Shown here: in pieces, positions 56,140 to 64,000 of the stretch | How positions within the stretch are numbered: the stretch's first letter is position 1 | Layout: each line of letters starts with the position of its first letter | Assembly: GCA_040302145.1 (NCBI GenBank) | Contig: JBEORG010000021.1 | Length of the DNA: 64,000 bases | Strand: one strand, 5' to 3' | Source of the DNA: Spirillospora sp. NPDC127506 | GTDB lineage: Bacteria; Actinomycetota; Actinomycetes; Streptosporangiales; Streptosporangiaceae | Made by a program: the position numbers and the translations under genes | The notes under the pieces: model-generated | The model's input: the letters and a program-made list of their open reading frames with translations, nothing else | What the model was told of the DNA's origin: nothing | Databases searched by the model: none

Positions 56140-57491
56140 TTCTGCTCCAGGGGTTCGAGCCGGACGGGAAGCCCGTCCTTCGGCGAAGGGAGGGACGTGG
56201 TGTCCAGGGGCCATTCGTACCGCGCGGGGACGCTCCAGCGGTAGCGCTGGAGCACCTGGTGCAGGATCGTTTTGACCTGCATCCCGGCGAAGTGCAGCCC
56301 GATGCACTTGTGCGCGCCGCCGCCGAACGGGGCCCACGCGTACTTGTGGACCCTGTCCTCGCGGCGTTCCGGGGAGAACCGCCCGGGGTCGAACCGCTCC
56401 GGGTCCGGCCACCACTGCGCCATGTGGTGGTTGCTGAGCATCGGCACCACGACCATCGTGCCGGCCGGGACGTGGTAGCCGAGGATGGAGGTGTCCTTGA
56501 CGACCTTGCGGGGCAGCGCCGGGACGGGCGGCAGGATGCGCAGCGACTCCTTCATCACCATGTCGATGCCGGTGAAGGAGCCGAGGTCGTCGTAGGACGG
56601 CTGCGCCTTGCCGAGGCTCAGCGACTCCTCGCGCAGCCGCTCCTGCCATTCGGGGAACTTGGCCAGGTGGTAGGCCATCGTCGTCAGCGTGATGGTGGTC
56701 GTGTCGTGCGCCGCCATCAGCGCGAAGATCATGTGGTTGACGACGTCCTCGTCGGTGAACCGCGCGCCGTCGTCGGTCTCGGCCGCGCAGAGGGCGGCGA
56801 ACAGGTCGTCGCCGCCGTCGCGGCGCTTGGCGGGCAGGTGCCGGTAGAAGAACTCCTCCAGCGCCTTGCGGGCCTTCAGCCCCTTGTGCCAGCGCAACCC
56901 CGGGACGGGGAACCGCACGTACGCCGTCCCCGCCCGGACGGCGTCGATGAACGCTCCGTTGACCCGCGCGCGCTCGGCGTCGTCCAGTCGCACGCCCATG
57001 AACACGTCCACGGCGAGGTCGAGCGTGAGCTGCTTGATGCTGTCGTAGACCTTGAAGCCGGGGCCGGGCCGCCACGACTCGACGCCCCGGACGATGCCGG
57101 GCGCCATCGCCTCCATGTACGCGCGCAGCCGCGCCGGGGTGAACGCCTGCTGCATGATGCGGCGGTGGTGCAGGTGCTCCTCGAAGTCGAGCAGCATGAT
57201 GCCGCGCCGGAAGAACGGCCCGATGTAGTAGCTCCACGCGGGCCCGCTCGCGAACGCCTTGTCCCGGTTGACCAGGACGACCTCGGCGGCCTCCGGCCCC
57301 TGGACGGTGCAGGTGCGCTGCCCGAGCAGCCAGCCCCAGGCGACCGGCCCGTACTGCTCGTACCGCTTCCTGGCCATGCCGATCGGGTCGCGCATCACCG
57401 CGAGCGTGCTGCCGATGTAGGGCACACCGGGCACGCCGGGGACCGGTTTCAGGCCGCTGCCCTGCGGCGGCGGCGCGAGGACGCTGGTCAT
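56136..57491 (-). CDS. Cytochrome P450 monooxygenase
   Basis: FGGGAHKCIGLHFAGMQ heme-binding loop, ExxR (ESLR), 451 aa. ATGA-coupled to the SDR gene. Confidence 0.9.
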   Translation of the reverse strand: MTSVLAPPPQGSGLKPVPGVPGVPYIGSTLAVMRDPIGMARKRYEQYGPVAWGWLLGQRTCTVQGPEAAEVVLVNRDKAFASGPAWSYYIGPFFRRGIMLLDFEEHLHHRRIMQQAFTPARLRAYMEAMAPGIVRGVESWRPGPGFKVYDSIKQLTLDLAVDVFMGVRLDDAERARVNGAFIDAVRAGTAYVRFPVPGLRWHKGLKARKALEEFFYRHLPAKRRDGGDDLFAALCAAETDDGARFTDEDVVNHMIFALMAAHDTTTITLTTMAYHLAKFPEWQERLREESLSLGKAQPSYDDLGSFTGIDMVMKESLRILPPVPALPRKVVKDTSILGYHVPAGTMVVVPMLSNHHMAQWWPDPERFDPGRFSPERREDRVHKYAWAPFGGGAHKCIGLHFAGMQVKTILHQVLQRYRWSVPARYEWPLDTTSLPSPKDGLPVRLEPLEQK

Positions 57492-57570
57492 GGATCCCTC
57501 CGGACGCGCGCAACAAATAAGCGAAATCTGTTGCTTTGTTCTAACGCAGCGGACGCCCGTAAGTCCAGAC

Positions 57571-60500
57571 TTATCGCCGGTGACTTGCGCGTGAGCGCGT
57601 CTCGCGGGCCGCCGCGCCGCGCAGCAGCCGGCGCCGCGCGGTCTCGGTGAGCGGCCGGTACGCGCCCGACCGGTCGCGGTAGTAGGTCAGCCCGTCGCCG
57701 GCGGCGGGGACGCCCTCCTCGCGCAGCGGGGCGGTCCAGAGCCGCCGCCCGGCGGTGACGGGCACCTCGTCCACGACCCGGACGAGCGCGGGCCGCAGCT
57801 CCGGCTCCACCCGCAGCAGCGCCTCCGTCAGGTCGATCGCCTTGACCGTCTCCTCCGCGTCCCGCAGGCTCACGGCGGCGGCGGCCAGCTCGGTGTCCCC
57901 CGCGGGGATCCCGTAGACGGCGACGGTGTCGACGTACGGCAGGTCGCCGAGCGCGTCCCGGATCGGGCCGGGCGGGACGATGCCCTCGGCGGTGCCGATC
58001 AGTTCGGCCTCCCGCCCGACGAGCCAGTAGTCCCCGTCGGCGTCCCGGCGGAACAGGTCCCCGGTGATCGTCCAGGCGTCCTCGGGCCGGAACACGCCCC
58101 GCACGACGCGCGACGCGGAGCCGGCCGCCGACGGCCGGACCCGCGCGAGCAGCATGCCGATCTCCCCCGGCTCGCAGCGGACCGCGAATCCGTCGGGGCC
58201 TTCGGCGAGCCGCCCGTTCTCCAGGTCGTACCGGGCGAGCCGCACCTCGGCGCTGCCGGGCAGCGGCCGGCCCAGCGAGCCGGGCTTCTTGCCGCTCAGG
58301 TTGACCAGCACCGCCTCGCCCTCGGTCGAGGCGTAGAACTCCAGCACCCGCGCGGGCGCGAACCGCTCCTCGACCCGCCGCCACAGCCCGCGCGGCATCC
58401 CGGACCCGATGAACAGCCGGATCGCGTGGTGCCGCTCGGCCGGGTTCGGCGGCGCGTTCACGAGGTCGCGCAGCAGCGTCCAGGTGTAGGACGCGACGGT
58501 CACGCCGTAGCGGCGCGCCTCGTCCCAGAAGGCCTCCGGGTCGATGTCCCGGTGGGGGGACGACTCCCCGCCGGGGACCGCGGCGGAGGCGCCGGCCAGT
58601 GCGAGCCGCGCCCCGCCGGCGACGGCGCCGCCGAGGCTCATCAGCAGCGCGGACGGGTGCTGGAGCGGCGTGATGCTGTAGACGGTGTCGGACGGCGACA
58701 GGGCGGCCGACGAGGCGGTCCCGAACGCCGACAGGGCCCATCTGCGGTTCGTGATCCGGCTGGCCCGCAGGTGCTCGCCGTCTCCCCGGAACACCACGAA
58801 GGCGAGGTCGCCGGCCCGCCCCGGGTTGGGCCGGTACCACCCGGGCAGCTCGACCTGCGCGGGGTCGATGCGCTCCATGTCCATGAGCGTCCCGCGGTCG
58901 CCGCGCCCGGCGCCGCCGAGCAGGTACCCCTGGACGCCGTCCAGCTTCGCGGCCTCCGCCGCGTGCTCGGGGTCGGCGATGACCCGCGTGATCCCGCTGA
59001 GCCGCGCCTCGGCCGCGGGGTCCCCGTCGGGGCGCAGCAGGACCGCCACGGCGCCGAGCCGGCTCAGCGCGGCGACCAGGGCGAGCGCGGTGGGCCGGGT
59101 CCCCATCAGCACGCCGACCGCGTCGCCGTGCCGCACGCCGATGTGGATCAGCCCGCGCACGACGGCGTCGATGCGCCGCCTGGCCGCGTCGTGGGTGTGC
59201 CCGCGCCCCCGGTACAGGAAGAAGACCTCGCCGGGCCTGCGGCGGGCCTGCTCGTCCAGGAGCAGCCCCATCGACATGCGCGTGTCGGACTGGATGCGCT
59301 CCAGCCGCGCCAGCCGCGGCAGGTTCTGCGCGGCCTCCCCGGTCAGCTGCCGGCTTCCGCGGGCGACCCGCGCGGCCGTCCGCAGCGCGGACCGCGCGGC
59401 GCTCGTCCCGATGCCCGCGGCGAGCTGGAGCCCGTACCCGGCGGGGCCGCCGGGCAGGTCGGCGGTCTCGGCCTCCTCGTCCCCGGCGACCGGGGCGACG
59501 ATCTCGGGCAGTTCGCCCTCGCCCTCCCGCCACAGCGCCCACGACGCGACGGCGGGCCAGGTCTGCGCGATCGCGAGGCCGCCCACGACGAGCCCGAAGT
59601 GCCCGGCCCTGAGCGACGCCTCGTACACCTGGGCGCGCGGCGCCGCCCGCCTGATGCCGCGGACCATCGGCGGCGGCGCGATCTCGTCGACCTCGCCGAC
59701 GAACGTGAGCACGGGGCAGGTGATGTCGGCGAGCGTCACGAGCCGGTCGCCGATGACGAAGCCGCCGGTGAGCATCCGGTTGTGCTGGATGAACTGGCGG
59801 AGGAACTCGGCGAGCGCGGGGCCGGGCCACGACACCCACCCCTCCCGCTCCAGGAACCGCCGCTGCCGTTCCCTCTGCGCCAGCCGCTCCCGGTCGTGCA
59901 GCTGCAGGATGAAGTCGACCCGCGACCGCACCGACTTGACGGGGCTGAGGACCTGGAAGCCGAGCCGGGTGACCCATCCGGGCACGGCGAAGCCGCCGAG
60001 CACCCGGTCGGGGATCCGCTCGACGCCCTCGGACGCGAGCCAGCCGGGCAGCCCGAACGGGAGCCCCCGGCTGGTGTCGGCCGGGCTGCCGAACGTCACG
60101 ATCGACTCGATGCCGTCGCTGCGCCGGTACGCGGCCGCCTGGTAGACGAACATGCCGCCCTGCGAGTACCCGGCGAGGTGGACGTCGCGTCCGGTCGCCT
60201 TGCGGATCCGGTCGACGGCGTCGCTGACGGCCAGCACGTGGTCGCTGATGTTCCGCTCGAGCCCGCCGGGCTCCCGCTCGGGCGCCCCGAAGTCGACGAC
60301 CCACGGGTCGACGCCCAGGTCGTGCAGGACCTTCACCGCACTGACCCGCGAGGAGATGTCGTACACCTCCGCGGTGATCATCAGCGGCGGGACGAGCAGC
60401 ATCACGGGCCCGCCCGCCGCGTCCGGGAAGTAGTGCCGCAGCCGGTACACCCGCTGCTCGGTCACCACCTCGCACGGGGAGGCGTCCTCGTCGGTGTCGA

Positions 60501-60645
60501 ACCCCCCGAACCGGGCGACCTCCAGGGCGTTCTGGGCGGTGGAGCCCAGGCGGGCGCCCACCGAAACGAGCGAACCGAATCGGGGGGTGAGGGAGGTCGT
60601 CCCCCCTCGGACGGCTCGGAACAGCGTCTTGGCAACAGCCGGCAT
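57571..60645 (-). CDS. Fusion protein: N-terminal alpha/beta-hydrolase (PHA-synthase/PhaC-N-like) domain + C-terminal AMP-binding acyl-CoA synthetase/ligase domain
   Basis: The N-terminal half has an alpha/beta hydrolase fold (LAGYSQGG). The C-terminal half is an adenylate-forming enzyme (YRGRGHTHDA..., ITGDLFRRDADGDYWLVGR). An alternative start is 60673. Confidence 0.7.
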   Translation of the reverse strand: MPAVAKTLFRAVRGGTTSLTPRFGSLVSVGARLGSTAQNALEVARFGGFDTDEDASPCEVVTEQRVYRLRHYFPDAAGGPVMLLVPPLMITAEVYDISSRVSAVKVLHDLGVDPWVVDFGAPEREPGGLERNISDHVLAVSDAVDRIRKATGRDVHLAGYSQGGMFVYQAAAYRRSDGIESIVTFGSPADTSRGLPFGLPGWLASEGVERIPDRVLGGFAVPGWVTRLGFQVLSPVKSVRSRVDFILQLHDRERLAQRERQRRFLEREGWVSWPGPALAEFLRQFIQHNRMLTGGFVIGDRLVTLADITCPVLTFVGEVDEIAPPPMVRGIRRAAPRAQVYEASLRAGHFGLVVGGLAIAQTWPAVASWALWREGEGELPEIVAPVAGDEEAETADLPGGPAGYGLQLAAGIGTSAARSALRTAARVARGSRQLTGEAAQNLPRLARLERIQSDTRMSMGLLLDEQARRRPGEVFFLYRGRGHTHDAARRRIDAVVRGLIHIGVRHGDAVGVLMGTRPTALALVAALSRLGAVAVLLRPDGDPAAEARLSGITRVIADPEHAAEAAKLDGVQGYLLGGAGRGDRGTLMDMERIDPAQVELPGWYRPNPGRAGDLAFVVFRGDGEHLRASRITNRRWALSAFGTASSAALSPSDTVYSITPLQHPSALLMSLGGAVAGGARLALAGASAAVPGGESSPHRDIDPEAFWDEARRYGVTVASYTWTLLRDLVNAPPNPAERHHAIRLFIGSGMPRGLWRRVEERFAPARVLEFYASTEGEAVLVNLSGKKPGSLGRPLPGSAEVRLARYDLENGRLAEGPDGFAVRCEPGEIGMLLARVRPSAAGSASRVVRGVFRPEDAWTITGDLFRRDADGDYWLVGREAELIGTAEGIVPPGPIRDALGDLPYVDTVAVYGIPAGDTELAAAAVSLRDAEETVKAIDLTEALLRVEPELRPALVRVVDEVPVTAGRRLWTAPLREEGVPAAGDGLTYYRDRSGAYRPLTETARRRLLRGAAARETRSRASHRR

Positions 60646-60701
60646 CGTCGACCTCTCGCAGAGTCAACGACATGGTGTCCTGTCATCAGCGGCTTAAGCA
60701 A

Positions 60702-62348
60702 TCAGCCGACGACGCGCGCGCCCTCCATGCGACCGGCCTGGAGCCGCTCCCACATGTACCTGCGGCGCGGCTTGCCGCTGGACGTCCGCTGGATGAGCCC
60801 GGACCCGACGACGACCGTGATCTCCACGTCGTCCCCGACGCGGCGCCGCAGCGTCTCCCGCACGGCGGGCACCCATTCCTCGCTCTGCGTCTCGGCGAAC
60901 AGCGCGAGCCCCTTCCGCCCGGCCCCCGGCACGCCGACCACCACGACGCGCCCCTTGCCGAGCCCGCTCACCTCGGCGATCTTGGATTCGAGGTCCTCGA
61001 CGTAGACGGACCGGCCGCGGACCTTGATGCTGTCGCCCATCCGCCCGAGGACGAACAGCTGCCCCTCGTAGAAGAAGCCCGCGTCCCCGGTGTAGACCTT
61101 CCCGTCCATGAACCGCGTCGACTTGGCCTCGGCGCCCGCGTAGTACCCGGGACAGGCCGAGGCGCCGCCGACCACGATCTCCCCGAGCAGGCCCTCGCCC
61201 AGCTCGTTGCCGTCGTCGTCGACGATCGCGACGGGGACGTCGTCCTCCGGGGTCCCGCACCCGACGACCCACCCGGCCTTGGCGCCGATCGACCGGGGTC
61301 CGAGCCGGTGCTGCTCCAGGATGCGCACCGGCCGCCCGAACGACAGCGCCTCGGGGTCGGGCCGGACGGCGAGGGGTTCGCGCTGCTCGTTGTCCATGGT
61401 GACCAGCAGGGTCGTCTCGGCCATGCCGTAGGCGGGCTTGAACATCGCCCGGGAGAACCCGAACGGCTCGACGAGCTGCGCGAACACCTCCAGCGCATGC
61501 GGGTCGATCGGCTCGGCGCCGATCAGCGCCATCTTCCACCCGGACAGGTCGAGCCCTTCGAGCTGCTCCGGCTTGACCCGCCGCGCGCAGTAGGCGTACG
61601 CGAACGGCGGAGCCGCGGTGTGCTGGGCCTCGGCGAAGCACCGGATCCACCGTGCCGGGTCGCGGATGAAGTGGTCGGGCCGCATGAGCCGCAGCATCCC
61701 CTGCCGCGCGATCGGGGTGATGAACGTCCCGATGAGCCCCATGTCGTGGTAGAGCGGCAGCCACGTGGCCACCACGTCGCCGTCCTCGTACCCGGCCATC
61801 CGCGCGATCAGCTCGCTGTTGGCCTCCAGGTTCTCCCAGGTGACCATGACGCCGCGCGGGGCGCCGCTGGACCCGGAGGTGAACTGGAGCAGCGCCAGCT
61901 CGCCGGCGGGCTGCACGTCCGCCTCCGCGCCCTGGCACGGCTGCCACGGCTCACCGCTCAGCCCGGCCTGGTCCATGGCGCGCCCGGCGTACTCGTTCAG
62001 GTCCTTGGAGGCGACGACGAGCGCGGGCGACGCCTGCCGCAGGATCGCCGCGACGTGCGCCACGTAGTCGTCGCCGTCCTGGAACAGCGGCGGCGTGATC
62101 AGGCAGACGGTGGCCCCGGCGGCCCACACCCCGTAGTACGTCTCTATGCAGGTGAAGTCCGTGGGCAGGATGAGGCAGACGACATCGCCGGGCCGGACGC
62201 CCTCCTCGATCAGCGCCCCGGCGGTGCGCCGTGCGGCGGCCGCCAGCGCGCCGTAGTCGCGGAACTCCCAGCCGCCGTCGTCCGTCGCCAGGTGCACGCC
62301 GCGTCCGGTGTTCGGCTTCTCCAGCCATGCGCGCAGCGCAGATGCCAT
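60702..62348 (-). CDS. AMP-binding enzyme, fatty-acyl-AMP ligase (FAAL)-like
   Basis: LQFTSGSSGAPRGVMVTWENL (A3 core), YGMAETT, YTGDAGF..GRMGDSIKVRGR, ~548 aa. Confidence 0.8.
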   Translation of the reverse strand: MASALRAWLEKPNTGRGVHLATDDGGWEFRDYGALAAAARRTAGALIEEGVRPGDVVCLILPTDFTCIETYYGVWAAGATVCLITPPLFQDGDDYVAHVAAILRQASPALVVASKDLNEYAGRAMDQAGLSGEPWQPCQGAEADVQPAGELALLQFTSGSSGAPRGVMVTWENLEANSELIARMAGYEDGDVVATWLPLYHDMGLIGTFITPIARQGMLRLMRPDHFIRDPARWIRCFAEAQHTAAPPFAYAYCARRVKPEQLEGLDLSGWKMALIGAEPIDPHALEVFAQLVEPFGFSRAMFKPAYGMAETTLLVTMDNEQREPLAVRPDPEALSFGRPVRILEQHRLGPRSIGAKAGWVVGCGTPEDDVPVAIVDDDGNELGEGLLGEIVVGGASACPGYYAGAEAKSTRFMDGKVYTGDAGFFYEGQLFVLGRMGDSIKVRGRSVYVEDLESKIAEVSGLGKGRVVVVGVPGAGRKGLALFAETQSEEWVPAVRETLRRRVGDDVEITVVVGSGLIQRTSSGKPRRRYMWERLQAGRMEGARVVG

Positions 62349-62474
62349 CGGTGTTCCCCTTCAACATGATCACGGTCACCCACGTGACTCGCGGGTAACT
62401 TCACCAGGACCGGCGCGCAGTAGTCAACTGGTTGGATCGGTCAAAGAGACCGGGCGGTCATTTGACGGAAACGT

Positions 62475-62840
62475 TCATTTCTCCACGGCGGTCCGCCGTG
62501 CCGCCATCCGCCCGGCGGCGCGCCACCCGAGCAGCCCGGCTCCGAGGAACAGGGCGGCGACGACCGTGAACGCGACCGCGACACCCTGCCCGGACAGGGC
62601 CCGCAGCAGCATCCCCACCGCGACGGTCGCCGCCCAGACTCCCGCACCGGTCGGGACGAGCGCGTCGACCCGCCGCCAGGCCCGCAGGCCGCCCCATCCG
62701 GCCGCGAGCCCGACGAGGAACGGCCACGCGGTGCCGGCGAACCCCGCCAAGCCGCCCGCCTCGTCGTGCGCAGCGCGTCCGATGGCCACGAAGACGAGCA
62801 CCCAGCAGACGTCAAGCCCCGCACCCACCCAGTTCCGCAT
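62475..62840 (-). CDS. Small 4-TM membrane protein (DUF3054-like)
   Basis: 121 aa, hydrophobic with conserved Trp/Gly pattern. Confidence 0.45.
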   Translation of the reverse strand: MRNWVGAGLDVCWVLVFVAIGRAAHDEAGGLAGFAGTAWPFLVGLAAGWGGLRAWRRVDALVPTGAGVWAATVAVGMLLRALSGQGVAVAFTVVAALFLGAGLLGWRAAGRMAARRTAVEK

Positions 62841-62933
62841 ATCACCAGGCTACGCACCCCCGCGCCCATCCGGGGCAGGTGGACTGCGAGACGGGGGGTA
62901 TGGGACCCATCGACCGAGCCGAGTGGAGGCGTG

Positions 62934-63857
62934 ATGCACGATTGGCCGCGGTTGCGGGCGGCGGACTGGACGGCGACCCGCGAAACCCTGCACATGTGGG
63001 CGCAGATAGTCGGGAAGGTCCGGCTGGCCCATGCGCCGCTGCTCAACCATTGGTGGCAGGTCACGCTGTACGTCAGCCCGAGGGGCCTGACCACCTCGGC
63101 GGTCCCGTACCGGGACGGCGTCTTCGACATCGAGTTCGACTTCGTCGAGCACCTGCTGCGCATCCGCAGCAGCGACGGCGGCTCCCGCACGGTGGCCTTG
63201 GAGCCCAAGTCGGTGGCCGATTTCTACGCCGAGACCATGGCCGCCCTGCACGAACTGGACATCGAGGCACCGATCCAGGCCAGCCCGAACGAGGTGGAAC
63301 CAGCGATCCCGTTCGCCGAGGACCACCAGAACGCCTCGTATGACGCGGATGCCGCCCACCTGTTCTGGCGGCAGCTTCTCCAGGCGGACCGGGTCCTGGG
63401 CGAGTTCCGCTCCCGCTTCACCGGTAAGGTGAGCCCGGTGCACTTCTTCTGGGGTGCGATGGACCTGGCGTGCACGAGGTTCTCAGGCCGCCCCGCCCCG
63501 AAGCACCCGGGCGGCGCGCCGAACTGCCCGGACTGGGTGATGGTGGAGGGCTATTCGGGCGAGTTGTCGAGCGCCGGCTTCTGGCCGGGCGGTGGCGAGG
63601 AGGGAGCGTTCTACTCCTACGCCTACCCGGAGCCCGAAGGCTTCCCCGACCATCCGGTGGCCCCCAAGGAAGCCTTCTACAGCAGCGAGATGGGAGAGTT
63701 CGTCCTCCCCTACGAGGCCGTGGCGACCGCCGAGGACCCGGACGCGACCCTCACGGACTTCCTGCAAACCACCTACGAAGCAGCCGCAGAACTCGCCAAC
63801 TGGGACCGCGGCGCCCTGGAGGACACCCCCACCAGACTCAACACCCTGAAGGAATGA
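62934..63857 (+). CDS. Hypothetical cytoplasmic protein (DUF5996-like)
   Basis: MHDWPRLRAADWTATRETLHMWAQIVGKVRLAHAP... consistent codon bias, ~307 aa. No catalytic motif recognised. Confidence 0.5.
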   Translation: MHDWPRLRAADWTATRETLHMWAQIVGKVRLAHAPLLNHWWQVTLYVSPRGLTTSAVPYRDGVFDIEFDFVEHLLRIRSSDGGSRTVALEPKSVADFYAETMAALHELDIEAPIQASPNEVEPAIPFAEDHQNASYDADAAHLFWRQLLQADRVLGEFRSRFTGKVSPVHFFWGAMDLACTRFSGRPAPKHPGGAPNCPDWVMVEGYSGELSSAGFWPGGGEEGAFYSYAYPEPEGFPDHPVAPKEAFYSSEMGEFVLPYEAVATAEDPDATLTDFLQTTYEAAAELANWDRGALEDTPTRLNTLKE

Positions 63858-64000
63858 CCACACCCCCGAAAAACCTCAGCGAGCAGGGAGAGGCAGGAAG
63901 ACCGCCATCCGAACCCCGCACGGGGGCGAGGGGCGGAGCCCCAACGGGGGACAGGGGCGGAGCCCCGGGGGCGGGCGGGTGGGGGCGGGCGGCGGAACCC

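Noticed and set aside
58426-62369. Plus-strand ORFs 58426..61005 and 60672..62369 antisense to the adenylating-enzyme genes
   Set aside because: No motifs. The minus strand has canonical AMP-binding cores.
63858-64000. GC-rich repeats (ggggcggagcccc x2) at the window end
   Set aside because: Truncated by the window edge, so it cannot be interpreted. Could be terminator hairpins for the preceding gene.

Overview
This window is high-GC (about 70%+) actinobacterial chromosomal DNA with strong third-position GC bias and dense gene packing. Gene content (sigR-rsrA, a conservon cvnABCD plus P450, an NB-ARC/TPR STAND NTPase, BBE-like FAD oxidases) suggests Streptosporangiales or Streptomyces-like organisms. 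I can support about 60 protein-coding genes. No rRNA, tRNA, CRISPR array or obvious transposase/integrase was found. Because the DNA is GC-rich, nearly every region has long stop-free antisense ORFs, and I rejected most of them.

Recognisable loci include:
- two paralogous secreted esterase-family proteins
- a BBE-like FAD oxidase
- an F420/LLM oxidoreductase
- a ferritin-like protein
- a MacAB-like export operon with a divergent two-component system
- an alditol/gulonolactone oxidase
- the conservon cvnA-D plus P450
- an SPFH protein and a CopD/CtaG fusion
- tandem membrane HD-GYP proteins
- sigR-rsrA
- a DksA/TraR zinc finger protein and an SOS-response-associated peptidase (SRAP)
- an ECF sigma factor with its anti-sigma
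- aroA, rsgA, a Ser/Thr kinase, hisN and an L-2-hydroxyglutarate oxidase
- a carboxylesterase, and a TetR-SDR-P450 cluster next to two adenylating enzymes

The two most interesting candidate systems are:
1. Two paralogous leader-bearing small peptide genes (6347-6643 and 6743-6988) with a strong hairpin between them. The second is translationally coupled (ATGA overlap) to an M50/site-2-protease-like membrane metalloprotease (HEVGH). This looks like an undescribed RiPP-like or signalling-peptide locus.
2. An NB-ARC/TPR STAND NTPase, an APH-like kinase and a small class-III nucleotidyl-cyclase-like protein. The cyclase C-terminus (TTVFSGDVHVRGDLVLGNKITHEH) mirrors the NTPase N-terminus (TTYLGGASIGGDSVSGDKIVHM). 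That suggests an effector-NTPase pairing motif.

Other findings:
- a perfect sigmaR-type promoter (GGAAT-N18-GTT) upstream of an extended sigR ORF
- several tandem repeats
- a 2OG-oxygenase/methyltransferase/carnitine-acyltransferase-like cassette
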